From contig OZ252244.1 in the NCBI GenBank assembly GCA_965249575.1, positions 3,795,290-3,859,289 on the forward strand: a stretch of 64,000 nt of DNA, given 5' to 3'. A model generated the notes under the pieces. It made no database searches and had not been told where the DNA came from. It saw only the letters and a program-made list of their open reading frames with translations. The number at the start of each line of letters is the position of its first letter. Positions within the stretch are counted from its first letter, which is position 1. Source of the DNA: Gemmatimonadales bacterium. Lineage in GTDB: Bacteria > Gemmatimonadota > Gemmatimonadetes > Gemmatimonadales > GWC2-71-9. A program made the position numbers and the translations under genes. Shown piece after piece: positions 54,520 to 64,000 of this stretch.

Positions 54520-54807
54520 ATGCTCTGGGTATTCGGCTTTCTCATCTTGTTCGTGGCCCTGCTCATCCCGATCCTCGCCATCGTGCTCGACTCCCCCGCG
54601 GTTCGGAATATGCTGGAATCCCGGCGAGGTCCGCGTTCCGGCCAAGTCGAGGAGTTGAGCAACAGGGTCATCATGCTCGAAGACCAGGTCGACGAAATCG
54701 GGCACGCCCTCGAACAAATGAGGGAAGAGACCCAGTTCCTCCAACGCTTGCTTGAGAGTCCCGAGGAGCGGGATCCCTCGAAAAAGCTTCAACCCCCCAA
54801 GCAATAG
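54520..54807 (+). CDS. Small membrane-anchored coiled-coil hypothetical protein
   Basis: N-terminal TM helix and acidic coiled coil; fills the gap between bshC and murJ. Confidence 0.7.
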   Translation: MLWVFGFLILFVALLIPILAIVLDSPAVRNMLESRRGPRSGQVEELSNRVIMLEDQVDEIGHALEQMREETQFLQRLLESPEERDPSKKLQPPKQ

Positions 54808-54811
54808 TCTG

Positions 54812-56371
54812 ATGCCCCGATCGTTGGGGCGCTCCGCCAGCTACGTAGCGTCCGGGATCCTCCTCACCCGAATCCTCGGATTCGTTCGCGAGCGGGTGTT
54901 CGCCCACTATTTCGGCAATTCCATCGCGGCAGACGCGTTTCGCGCAGCACTCAAGATTCCGAACGTCATTCGGAATCTCCTAGGCGAAGGCACGCTATCC
55001 GCGTCGTTCATTCCGGTATATGCGGAGATGGTCGAAAGCGGAGATGCCGAAGGCGCGCGCCAACTTGCCGGAGTGATCGCGTCACTGCTCGTACTCGTAA
55101 CCGCACTTGCCGCGTTGGCCGGCATCGTGCTGGCCCCCGTCATCACAGACTTCGCGGCTCCTGGATTCTCCGGGGCCACGCGCGAGATAACCGTCGGACT
55201 CGTGGCCATCATGTTCCCTATGTCGGGGATCATGATTCTCTCGGCATGGTGCCTCGGCATCCTGAACACGCACGGCCGGTTCTTCCTCCCATACGCATCG
55301 CCTGCGCTGTGGAACGTGGCGCAGATCGCCACACTCGTTGCGGCTGGCGCGTACCTGGCCGGCGCCAGCCTCGCGAGAGCACTCGCGTACGGAGCTCTGG
55401 CCGGGAGCGCCCTGCAGATCGGGGTTCAGCTACCGGCGGCCACCCGCCTGGTCGGCGGGATAGAGTGGGGCCTCAGCCTGGGCGTGCCGGGAGTGCGCAG
55501 AGTCGTCCGCGCCTGGCTGCCGATGGTTTTCGGGGCTGGGGTCGCCCAGATCTCGAGCATTATCGACACCCAACTCGGATCCCTCTTGGGCACTGGAGCC
55601 GTGGCCACGCTGGGCTACGCGCAGCTTCTCGCGGTCCTCCCGGTCTCACTCTTTGGGGTGAGCGTGGCGGCGGCGGCGCTCCCGGAGTTGAGCCGGAGTG
55701 CTGCACAGGGACCTCCGACCGTGCTTCGACGTCAACTCACACCCGCGATACGCCGAGTCGCCTTTTATATCGTACCCTCCGCATTCGTCTACGCCGCCTT
55801 CGGAGGCCCCGTGGTCGGTACACTCTTCGAGACCGGCGCCTTTGGCCCCGACGACACCATCCTCGTGACCGGCGTGTTGGCCGCGTACTCCGTCGGCCTG
55901 CCCGCCCAGGGGGCCATTCGGCTCCTCGCGTCGGGATTCTATGCGTTGGGTGACACACGTACGCCCGTCCGGATCGGGGCGGCCTCCGTCATCCTCTCGG
56001 CCGTTCTCGCGTTCAGCCTCATGCAACGGTTCGGGGCGCCAGGCATCGCGCTTGGCGCTTCGATCGCGTCGTGCGTAGGGGCAGGCCTCTTGTTTTGGGC
56101 CCTGCAGAATAGGACCGGCAACCTCATTGATCGGTCCGAACGAAGGCTGATCCTGTGGGCTGTGGTCGCAGCGGGGGTCGCCACGGCTGTCGGAGGGAGC
56201 TTGGCCGCCGGTGGGGGGCTCGCATCGAGCCCGCCCTGGCTGAGGGCACTCGTCACACTCCCCACTTTCGGCCTCGTGTACCTCGCGATCACCTGGGCCG
56301 CCAGGCACCCGGAGGCCAGGCGCCTGGCGGGGCGATTGGGGGCGGGGCCGGGGGGCGGGGCCAACGGCTAG
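54812..56371 (+). CDS. murJ: Lipid II flippase MurJ (MviN)
   Basis: TRILGFVRE, ADAF, IPN..RNLLGEG.LS.SFIP, FYALGDTRTP. Confidence 0.95.
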   Translation: MPRSLGRSASYVASGILLTRILGFVRERVFAHYFGNSIAADAFRAALKIPNVIRNLLGEGTLSASFIPVYAEMVESGDAEGARQLAGVIASLLVLVTALAALAGIVLAPVITDFAAPGFSGATREITVGLVAIMFPMSGIMILSAWCLGILNTHGRFFLPYASPALWNVAQIATLVAAGAYLAGASLARALAYGALAGSALQIGVQLPAATRLVGGIEWGLSLGVPGVRRVVRAWLPMVFGAGVAQISSIIDTQLGSLLGTGAVATLGYAQLLAVLPVSLFGVSVAAAALPELSRSAAQGPPTVLRRQLTPAIRRVAFYIVPSAFVYAAFGGPVVGTLFETGAFGPDDTILVTGVLAAYSVGLPAQGAIRLLASGFYALGDTRTPVRIGAASVILSAVLAFSLMQRFGAPGIALGASIASCVGAGLLFWALQNRTGNLIDRSERRLILWAVVAAGVATAVGGSLAAGGGLASSPPWLRALVTLPTFGLVYLAITWAARHPEARRLAGRLGAGPGGGANG

Positions 56372-56372
56372 C

Positions 56373-58184
56373 ATGGCTCACGAAACCCGTACCGCTATCG
56401 AACGACGCATCGGATCGCTGCCCGACGCGCCCGGCGTCTATATCTGGCGCGACAGTCGGGGAACGCCGCTCTATGTGGGTAAGGCGAAACGCCTGCGCCA
56501 ACGAGTGCGCCAGTACCTGACTAGCGATGTCATCGACAGCCCCAAGAACCGGCTGCTCAAGAGGCGCATTGCCGACCTCGAAACGATTGTGGTCCCGTCC
56601 GAAGCCGACGCCCTTCTTCTCGAAAATAATCTTATCAAGGAGTACCGGCCGCGCTTCAACATCGCGCTTCGCGACGACAAGAGCTATCCGTCGATCGTCG
56701 TCACACTCGGCGAGCCTTTTCCTCGCGTGCTCGTCGCTCGCCGGCTGGACATTCCCCAGGCACGCTACTTCGGACCGTACACGGACGTCGCCGTGCTTCG
56801 CCGCACGCTCAACATCATCCGGAGGATCTTCACCGTTCGATCATGCCACTACGCCTTGCCGGACGAGGCCCCCGATCGCCCGTGCCTGGACTACCACATT
56901 CGCCGTTGCCTCGCGCCCTGCGTCGATTTTCAGTCGCAGCGTGAGTACGGCAAGATGATCGATGATGTCCTGACGTTCCTCGAGGGGAAGACGGTAGAGG
57001 TCCGAAGGCGACTTCGGGAACGGATGAACGCGGCCGCGGCACGGCTCGACTTCGAGCGGGCAGCCGAGATCCGCAATTCCCTCAAGTGGCTGGGCCAGGT
57101 CGATCAGCCGCCGGCTGTGGAGCTCGTCGGGGGTGGGGCCGTCGATGCCCTCGGGTATGCCCGTGATGGGGACGACGCCGTCGGCGTCATCCTACGCGTC
57201 AGGGACGGCCGCGTAGTCGCACGCGAACATCGATTTCTCACAAACCTCGCCGAAGAGCCCGATGCCGCCGTGTTCACCGCGTTCATCGTCCGGTATTTTC
57301 TGCCAGGTCCTGATCGGACTCGAAACGCCGTCGTTCCGTTCGCGCCCGACCACACGGCGGAGATCGCTCAACTCCTCGAGAACACCTCGCTGGCCGTGCC
57401 CCACCGCGGGGTGAATCGTCGGCTGGTTGAGCTGGCGGATCAAAATGCCCGCCATCTGCTGGAGAGCCTGAGGATCGAAGCCCTCGAGGCAGATGAACGT
57501 GCGGAGGACCCAGTGTATGCGTTGGGCCGCGACCTCGGTCTTACCGCGGTCCCGCGAGGCTTTGCGTGTATCGACGTATCCACGAACCGGGGCCGGGATA
57601 CCGTTGGGTCGCTAGTTTGGTTCGAGGCAGGGCGTCCCAAGCGCAGCGAATACCGGCGGTTCAAGATCAAGGGCGAGGGTCAGGCGGACGATTACGCCGC
57701 CGTCGGTGAGGTGGTGACGCGCTACCTGACCCGGCGCCGGGACGAGGGCAAGCCCCTCCCCGACCTCATTCTGATCGATGGGGGCAAAGGACAACTCGGG
57801 GCGGCATCGACCGCCCTCGAAGAGCTTGGCATGACCTCGCTCCCAGTGGCAAGTCTTGCCAAACGGGAGGAGGAGATCTTCCTTCCTGGTCGCCGGGACT
57901 CCTTGCGGCTACCCAGCAGGGCCCCGTCGCTGAAACTGCTTCAGCGGGCTCGGGATGAGGCGCATCGCTTCGCGATCACCTACAGCCGGTCCCGGCGCAC
58001 GAAGCGGACTGTCACATCGGAACTTCTTGAAGTAGCCGGCGTCGGCCCGCAGCGAAGGCGGCAGCTCCTTGAGCGGTTCGGGAGCCTGGCTGGTGTTCGG
58101 CTCGCTACCGCCGCCGAGATCGCGGCACTGCCAGGCTTCTCCAATCGTCTTGCCGAACGAATCCTCAACGACGTCAAACGATGA
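56373..58184 (+). CDS. uvrC: Excinuclease ABC subunit C
   Basis: GIY-YIG PGVY...YVGKA, DDKSYP, UVR motif, RNase H-like IDGGKGQ, RDEAHRFA, HhH GVGP. Confidence 0.97.
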   Translation: MAHETRTAIERRIGSLPDAPGVYIWRDSRGTPLYVGKAKRLRQRVRQYLTSDVIDSPKNRLLKRRIADLETIVVPSEADALLLENNLIKEYRPRFNIALRDDKSYPSIVVTLGEPFPRVLVARRLDIPQARYFGPYTDVAVLRRTLNIIRRIFTVRSCHYALPDEAPDRPCLDYHIRRCLAPCVDFQSQREYGKMIDDVLTFLEGKTVEVRRRLRERMNAAAARLDFERAAEIRNSLKWLGQVDQPPAVELVGGGAVDALGYARDGDDAVGVILRVRDGRVVAREHRFLTNLAEEPDAAVFTAFIVRYFLPGPDRTRNAVVPFAPDHTAEIAQLLENTSLAVPHRGVNRRLVELADQNARHLLESLRIEALEADERAEDPVYALGRDLGLTAVPRGFACIDVSTNRGRDTVGSLVWFEAGRPKRSEYRRFKIKGEGQADDYAAVGEVVTRYLTRRRDEGKPLPDLILIDGGKGQLGAASTALEELGMTSLPVASLAKREEEIFLPGRRDSLRLPSRAPSLKLLQRARDEAHRFAITYSRSRRTKRTVTSELLEVAGVGPQRRRQLLERFGSLAGVRLATAAEIAALPGFSNRLAERILNDVKR

Positions 58185-59329
58185 CTTTTCCCTGGTCACT
58201 CGCCTGCTCGCTTTGCTCATTCACCGCTACCGCGGACGGTCTCCCTACCCTATGTCCCAAGTGTTCATCTCCGTGGTTGGTGCGATATGACGCGGCTCCC
58301 GACCCAAGCGTAAAGGACCTCTTGGCGGCGCGAAGCTGGGGAATGTGGCGATATGCGGAGTGGCTCCCGCTGCTTCCCGGAGAGCAGCCGGTCACCCTCG
58401 GCGAGGGGCTCACTCCCCTCGTGCGACTCCCGCGCCTGGAACGCTCCCTCGGCCTGGCGGCGGTCTGGATGAAGGACGAGGCTCAGAACCCGACCGCATC
58501 GTTCAAGGCGCGGGGCCTCGCGGCAGCGGTCACCCGTGCGGTGCACGGCGGTGCGGACAGATTCACGATCCCGACCGCCGGCAACGCCGGGGTTGCCCTC
58601 AGTGCCTACGGGCGCAGAGCCGGCCTGGACGTGCGTGTATATGCGCCACGAACGACCCCCGCGACGATTCTCCGCCAGATCGAGCTCTTCGGTGCCGACC
58701 TCGTTCTACTCGATGGCCATATTGGCGATTGCGGCAAGGCGGCCCGCTCCCATGCAACAACGACCGGAGCATACGACGTTTCGACCCTGAGGGAGCCCTA
58801 CCGCATTGAAGGCAAGAAAACCATGGGTCTCGAACTGGCGGAAGAGCTCGGATGGGAGCTCCCCGATGCGATACTGTATCCGGCTGGGGGGGGGACGGGA
58901 CTGATTGGTATGTGGAAGTCATTCAATGAGTTACGAGATGCCGGCTGGATTGCCCCAAAGCTCCCGGGCATGTTCGCCGTGCAATCCAGCGGGTGCGCGC
59001 CGGTCGTCCAAGCCCTCGAGACCGGCGCCCAGGACATCGTGGCGTGGCCCAACCCCAGGACGGTTGCCGTGGGACTCCGTGTACCTGCTCCGCTCGGAGG
59101 CCGCCTGATGCTTGAGGCAATTCGGGAAAGCGACGGAGGCGCCATTCAGATCGACGACGACGTGCTGAGCCGCGAGCAGGCCGATCTGGCGACTCACGAG
59201 GGCATAGATGCCTGCCCCGAGGGGGGTGCGGCCACGGCGGCCTTGAGGGAACTTGTGGAACGGGGGACCTTGGAACAGGGTAGCTCAGTTGTGGTGTTCA
59301 ACACCGGAGCCGGCTGGCTTTACCGATAG
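58181..59329 (+). CDS. thrC: Threonine synthase (fold-type II PLP enzyme)
   Basis: Zn-ribbon-like N-terminus, TLGEG.TP, NPTASFKARG, TAGNAG, EGKKT, P.GGGTG, FNTG. Confidence 0.85.
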   Translation: MTFPWSLACSLCSFTATADGLPTLCPKCSSPWLVRYDAAPDPSVKDLLAARSWGMWRYAEWLPLLPGEQPVTLGEGLTPLVRLPRLERSLGLAAVWMKDEAQNPTASFKARGLAAAVTRAVHGGADRFTIPTAGNAGVALSAYGRRAGLDVRVYAPRTTPATILRQIELFGADLVLLDGHIGDCGKAARSHATTTGAYDVSTLREPYRIEGKKTMGLELAEELGWELPDAILYPAGGGTGLIGMWKSFNELRDAGWIAPKLPGMFAVQSSGCAPVVQALETGAQDIVAWPNPRTVAVGLRVPAPLGGRLMLEAIRESDGGAIQIDDDVLSREQADLATHEGIDACPEGGAATAALRELVERGTLEQGSSVVVFNTGAGWLYR

Positions 59330-59368
59330 GCTGGCAATATCTTTCGCGCTTTAGCGAGCCGGTAGGTT

Positions 59369-60559
59369 TTGCGCCTAGCAATACTCGACCCGTCAGCCGG
59401 TATGAGTGGAGACATGACGCTCGGCGCCCTCATCGGTGCGGGTCTTGAGACGGCGTGGCTGGAGGGCTTGCCGGAGCGGATGGGCTTGAGCGGTGTTGGC
59501 GTTCGGGTGCGCGACGTTTTCCGGGCCTCCGTTCGAGCCGTCAAGGTCGATTTCGAGATTCCCGGCCAAGCGGGGCACGGACGACACGTCGGGGAGCTTT
59601 TGGCCCTCGTCGAGGCGGCGCCCGTGAGTGAGTGGGTGCGGGAATGCGCCACTCGAGCATTTAAACTGCTCGGTGAGGCTGAAGGTGAGGTGCACGGCGT
59701 CGACGCGCAGGACGTGCACCTGCACGAGGTCGGGGCCGTTGACGCGCTGCTGGACATCGTGGGAGCGGTGGAAGGGTTCGAGCGGTTGGGCGTCGACGCG
59801 GTGTTCAATCTGCCCGTGGCACTCGGCACGGGATGGGTCGAGGCGGCGCACGGCCAGCTTCCGGTCCCCGCGCCAGCCACGGCGCTGCTGCTGCGCGGCG
59901 TGGAGGTATCCAGTGGCGGACCCGCGGTCGGAGAGGCAACGACGCCCACCGGAGCTGCCCTGCTGAGGGTGCTGTCCCATGGCACGCCACCGGACCGGTG
60001 GCGAATGGTACAAGCGGGGTGGGGAGCCGGAGAGCGCGACCCTCGGGGATATGCGAACGCGCTCCGCCTGATACTTGCTGAGGCCGCGGATGAGGCCGCC
60101 ATCATGGAGGTCCTCGTCGCGGACCTGGATGACATGCCGCCGGAATACCTCGAGCCCTTGCGGGAGGCCGCGTTCGCGGCTGGAGCGGTGGATTGCAGCG
60201 TGTGGGCCACCCACGGGAAGAAGGGACGGGTGGCGTTTCGAGTCGAAGTGCTTACGCCGCCGGCAACAGCCGGTGCCGTGATCGACGCCCTGTTCGCAAA
60301 CAGCACCACCTTGGGCGTGCGGCGCTTGCAAAGCACCCGATCGACGTTGAGTCGACGGGAAATACCGGTCGAGGTAGCACCGAACGTGGTGGTGCGGGCG
60401 AAAGTCAGTGACGCCCCCGGGGGCCCTCGGCTGAAACCTGAGTTCGAGGATGTCGTTCGGGCTGCGGCTGCGCTCAACCTGCCACCGCTCGAAGTGGCAA
60501 GAATGGCCGAACGGGGTGCCGCTGCGAGCATGGCGGTCGAGAGGCAAGCTCGGAAGTGA
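59369..60559 (+). CDS. larC: Nickel pincer cofactor biosynthesis protein LarC
   Basis: AGMSGDM.LGAL, EAEG.VHG, HLHEVGAVD, HG.LPVPAPAT, TPTGAAL, DDM..E, KKGR, TTLGVR, KPEFED. Confidence 0.9.
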   Translation: MRLAILDPSAGMSGDMTLGALIGAGLETAWLEGLPERMGLSGVGVRVRDVFRASVRAVKVDFEIPGQAGHGRHVGELLALVEAAPVSEWVRECATRAFKLLGEAEGEVHGVDAQDVHLHEVGAVDALLDIVGAVEGFERLGVDAVFNLPVALGTGWVEAAHGQLPVPAPATALLLRGVEVSSGGPAVGEATTPTGAALLRVLSHGTPPDRWRMVQAGWGAGERDPRGYANALRLILAEAADEAAIMEVLVADLDDMPPEYLEPLREAAFAAGAVDCSVWATHGKKGRVAFRVEVLTPPATAGAVIDALFANSTTLGVRRLQSTRSTLSRREIPVEVAPNVVVRAKVSDAPGGPRLKPEFEDVVRAAAALNLPPLEVARMAERGAAASMAVERQARK

Positions 60560-60579
60560 ACAAATAGGAGGATGAGGGA

Positions 60580-62007
60580 ATGATCAGCAAACTCGTGGTA
60601 CTCACTGGGACGATAGCGATGTTCGTGCTCTCACCCACCACAGCCACTGGGCAACTCCCGGAGGATTGGGAGGATCCACAGTGCGACCTCAAGGTGAAGC
60701 ATTTCCTGGTGAAAAACGCGCGAGCCTATCTCGAGAAGGCGACCAGAGAAACGAAGGACGAAGGAAAACGCATGGTGAATCTCGCGGATGCCCACCACTC
60801 GCTCTCCAGGGCCGCTGCGGAGGGAGAGGCCGAGAACCCCGCGTTGTGGTACTTCTACGGTAGGTATTACCTGCTCACAGACGACGCGTTCGGTGCGGAT
60901 TCTGCCTTCACGAAGGCCGAAGCGCAGGTGCCGGACTGCAAGAACGATATCGAGTTCTACCGGCGCGTCGCGTGGGTCCCCGTCATACAGCAGGCCGCTG
61001 AGCTGATGAACGTCGGCGATCTCGAGAGCGCAAAGGATGCATTCCGCCGCGCGAATGCCCTGTACCGGGACGAGTCCTTCGGCCTCTACTACTTGGCGAA
61101 CGTGTTCACCGACGAGGGCCAGGCCGACAGCGCGATTTATTACTATGAAAGGACCGTTCCGCTCGTAGAGGGCGACAGCACATCAGTAGAGACCTACGAA
61201 TTGTCGCTGTTCAATCTCGCGCGGTTGAACCAGCAGCAGGAGAACTGGCAGGAGGCAGGCAAGTGGTACGACGTGTACCTCGCGGTACGTCCGGACGACA
61301 CGTCCGCCCGACTCAGCCTCGCCATAGTGCACGAAGGAGCCGGGGACTCTGCAGCGGCCCTCAGCGCGTACGACGATATCCTGGCGCAAGCCCCGACACT
61401 GGGTACCGAAGACTTGTTCCGCGTGGGGATCGCGCTGTTCCAGTCACAGCAGTTGCCCCGCGCTGTGGCTGCATTTCAGTCAGTCCTACGACAAAACTGC
61501 TATTTCCGGGATGCGCTCTTCAATCTCTCGTCTACCTATCTCTCCATGGGCTCGACGAGTGACACCACCATCTCCCAGGAGGAGCGGGACGCGGCTTCCA
61601 AGGTAGTTGGTGACAAGATGCTCCCGGTGACCAAGCGCCTGGCCGAGATCGACGGCTACAATCGGAACTCACTCCGCATGCTCGCGATCGCGTACCAGTA
61701 CGTTGGCGAGCCCGATTCGGTCTACGCCTTGCTCCAAATGGTCGACTCGCTTCCCTTCGAGGTGAACGTCTCGGAATTCGAAGCCACGGAGCTTGGTTAC
61801 AACGTGGAAGGAACCGTGACCAACCTTCGGGAGGAGCCGATCTCGATCCCGGCACTGACCTTCGAGTTCCTCGACGGGGAAGGCAATACGGTCGCTCGGG
61901 ACTCGGTCGAGGTCGGGATGCTCGACCCGGAGGGGTCGCAACAGTTCCAGATCTCGCCCTCGGCTGACGGCATCGTCTCATGGAGGTATAAACCCGTCGA
62001 GTCCTAG
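60580..62007 (+). CDS. Exported TPR protein with C-terminal FxLYD-type domain
   Basis: Signal peptide, TPR-like helices, C-terminal VEGTVTN...FEFLDGEG. Confidence 0.75.
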   Translation: MISKLVVLTGTIAMFVLSPTTATGQLPEDWEDPQCDLKVKHFLVKNARAYLEKATRETKDEGKRMVNLADAHHSLSRAAAEGEAENPALWYFYGRYYLLTDDAFGADSAFTKAEAQVPDCKNDIEFYRRVAWVPVIQQAAELMNVGDLESAKDAFRRANALYRDESFGLYYLANVFTDEGQADSAIYYYERTVPLVEGDSTSVETYELSLFNLARLNQQQENWQEAGKWYDVYLAVRPDDTSARLSLAIVHEGAGDSAAALSAYDDILAQAPTLGTEDLFRVGIALFQSQQLPRAVAAFQSVLRQNCYFRDALFNLSSTYLSMGSTSDTTISQEERDAASKVVGDKMLPVTKRLAEIDGYNRNSLRMLAIAYQYVGEPDSVYALLQMVDSLPFEVNVSEFEATELGYNVEGTVTNLREEPISIPALTFEFLDGEGNTVARDSVEVGMLDPEGSQQFQISPSADGIVSWRYKPVES

Positions 62008-62054
62008 CACCGGAGCCGATGGGCCGGGCGGCCTGGCATGGAGCTGCCCGGTTG

Positions 62055-62126
<72 letters not shown>

Positions 62127-62184
62127 CTCGATAGGGCTGGCACGTTCCGCGGCGCCGGTCCCAGACCTAGTGGTCGGTAAGGAG

Positions 62185-62211
62185 GGAGGGTCGGGTATCG
62201 ACCCTCCTTTT
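62185..62211 (+). terminator. Intrinsic terminator after tRNA-Gly
   Basis: GGAGGGTCG-ggtat-CGACCCTCC-TTTT. Confidence 0.7.
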
Positions 62212-62240
62212 GCACTCCACCGCGCCGGACATCGAGGCAC

Positions 62241-63518
62241 ATGGTTCGCGTTCAATCCATTTCACCCAGCTCGATTGGATCAGAACTCGGCGTCGAGCCG
62301 GGAACGGAACTGCATACCGTCGATGGGCGAGCCGTCCACGACTTTCTCGATTGGGAATTTCTGACGGCGGAGGATCACTTCGTCGTCAGGGCCAAGCTGC
62401 CGGACGGCGAGTTCGTCGACTACGACATCGAGCGCTCCGAAGACACGCCCCTCGGTATCACACTCGAGCCACCCAGGATTCGGCGCTGCGCCAATCGATG
62501 TGACTTTTGCTTCGTCGACGGACTGCCAGAGGGACTGCGCCAAACCCTGTATATCCGGGACGACGACTACCGCCTTTCCTTTCGCTACGGCAATTTTGCC
62601 ACGCTCACCAATCTCAAGCAGAAGGACATCGACCGAATCCTGGAGTACCGACTCTCACCTCTCTACATCTCGGTCCACGCGGCTGATCCCGTGATTCGAA
62701 GGCGTATCCTCCGCAATCCGCGCGCGCCGGACGTCATCCCGCAGCTGCGAATGTTCGCGGGCGGAGGAATACGGTTTCACACGCAAATCGTGCTTCAGCC
62801 CGGGATCAACGATGACCTGGTGCTCCTGAACAGTTTGAGCGCACTCTACGCGCTGGGCGAGACCGTCCTGTCGGTCGCCGTGGTTCCGGTCGGTCTGACA
62901 TCACACTCGCGGCACGATTTGGTCCACGAGCCGGGCCGTGAAGAATGCCGCGACGCGCTCGGCATCATTGCGCCAGTAGCCGATCGAGCGCTGACTGAGC
63001 GGGGCCGGCGCTGGGTCTACGGATCTGACGAGTTGTACACGGTCGGCGAGGTACCTTTGCCCCCGGCAGCCAGCTACGATGGCTTCGATCAGGTCGAGAA
63101 CGGCGTTGGAAGCGTCCGATACCTCCAGACGCGTATCCTCGAGAATCTCCCGGCGTTGTCAGACTTGTCTGGCCTCCGGATCGGTGTACTGACCGGGACC
63201 GCAATGGGCCCGTTGATGCCACAGGTTATCCAGCCGCTTCAAGACGCCACGGGTGGAGAATTCGAAGTGCTAGCCCTGACGAACCTCCTCTTCGGGCCGT
63301 CGGTGACAACAGCAGCTCTCTTACCCGGTGCGGCCTTCACAAGCGCCCTCGAACGCGGTCATCGATTTGACTTTGCACTCCTCCCAGCCGAGGCACTCAA
63401 CGACGAACGCGTCTTCATTGACGGGATGAGCGAGGCATCCCTCCGCGCCGCATCCCCGTGCGAAGTTCGGCTCTCCCACGATTTCGTCGACGCGCTTCCA
63501 CATGGAGCCAGCGTGTGA
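62241..63518 (+). CDS. DUF512 family Fe-S oxidoreductase (PDZ-like + radical SAM)
   Basis: CANRCDFCFVD.LP.GLR.TLY.RDDDYRLSF.YGNF.TLTN, SPLYISVH, AVVPVGLT, QVENGVG. Confidence 0.9.
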   Translation: MVRVQSISPSSIGSELGVEPGTELHTVDGRAVHDFLDWEFLTAEDHFVVRAKLPDGEFVDYDIERSEDTPLGITLEPPRIRRCANRCDFCFVDGLPEGLRQTLYIRDDDYRLSFRYGNFATLTNLKQKDIDRILEYRLSPLYISVHAADPVIRRRILRNPRAPDVIPQLRMFAGGGIRFHTQIVLQPGINDDLVLLNSLSALYALGETVLSVAVVPVGLTSHSRHDLVHEPGREECRDALGIIAPVADRALTERGRRWVYGSDELYTVGEVPLPPAASYDGFDQVENGVGSVRYLQTRILENLPALSDLSGLRIGVLTGTAMGPLMPQVIQPLQDATGGEFEVLALTNLLFGPSVTTAALLPGAAFTSALERGHRFDFALLPAEALNDERVFIDGMSEASLRAASPCEVRLSHDFVDALPHGASV

Positions 63519-64000
63519 GGCGCGCGACGGTCGCCATTGTTGGGCGGCCAAACGTCGGCAAGTCGACTCTGTTCAACCGAATCGTCGGCGGCCGCCCGGC
63601 CATAGTGCACGATCGACCTGGAAGCACTCGCGACCGCCATTTTGCGCGAACCGATTGGGCAGGGCACGAGTTCTGGCTCGTAGATACCGGCGGCTGGTCA
63701 TCGGGGGGCGAGGACACGCTGGCTCGGGCGATTCGGCAACAGATAGACTTGGCCATCGCCGACGCGGACGTCATCGCCTTTCTTGTCGACGCCAAACAGG
63801 GCCTGCACCCCGCAGACCAGGAGGTCGCTGAGTTCCTCCGGCCGTTGCGGGACCGCGTGCTCCTCGTAGCCAACAAGGTGGACGACCCTCTGGCCGAGGC
63901 TCCGGACCCATCCTTCTACGAGTTGGGACTCGGCACAGCATGTCCTGTGTCGGCATCGACTGGAAGGGCCAGCGGGGACCTCCTGGACCAGATCGTGGAA
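63515..64000 (+). CDS. der: Ribosome biogenesis GTPase Der, 3' truncated
   Basis: GTG overlaps the upstream stop. VAIVGRPNVGKSTLFNRI, PGSTRD, DTGG, ANKVD, VSA..G. Runs off the window, so it is absent from the ORF track. Confidence 0.93.
   Translation, partial: MRRATVAIVGRPNVGKSTLFNRIVGGRPAIVHDRPGSTRDRHFARTDWAGHEFWLVDTGGWSSGGEDTLARAIRQQIDLAIADADVIAFLVDAKQGLHPADQEVAEFLRPLRDRVLLVANKVDDPLAEAPDPSFYELGLGTACPVSASTGRASGDLLDQIVE

Noticed and set aside
59320..60547. Two long antisense ORFs (403 and 384 aa) over larC; similar shadows at 890-1912 and 40464-41747
   Set aside because: They show no recognisable motifs and are expected from high-GC codon bias opposite well-supported genes.

Overview
A GC-rich bacterial chromosome segment. 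16S motifs and gene order suggest Gemmatimonadota (inference; no search was run). 1-8.6 kb holds a DUF4399-type lipoprotein, tRNA-Pro, an orphan B12-binding radical SAM gene, tRNA-Arg, a PDZ-containing hydrolase, mgtE and ppk1. 8.7-13.9 kb is a complete 16S-23S-5S operon with no spacer tRNA. 14.2-25.7 kb is an accessory catabolic island: an ACS-type MFS permease, a strongly divergent GcvPA/GcvPB pair with no gcvT/H/L in the window, an AcoX/COG3199-like kinase, a two-gene HcnABC/opine-type dehydrogenase, a DHDPS-family lyase, an OYE and an SDR. Degenerate 7-bp GAAT-type repeats bracket this island on both sides. Next comes a signal-peptide MBL-fold/2-hydroxyacid dehydrogenase fusion. 27.9-64 kb is a long plus-strand housekeeping run: era, Trm112-like, PorV-like, REC-GGDEF, zinc-ribbon, frameshifted prfB, lysS, lolC/E-lolD, mcsA-mcsB-clpC, bamA-skp, lpx cluster, gdh, rlmH, methyltransferase-bshC, murJ, uvrC, thrC, larC, TPR protein, tRNA-Gly, DUF512 radical SAM and der. 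The best candidate for an undescribed system is the GcvP-like island. A second is possible N-methyl-bacillithiol synthesis. I saw no CRISPR array, IS element or integrase.
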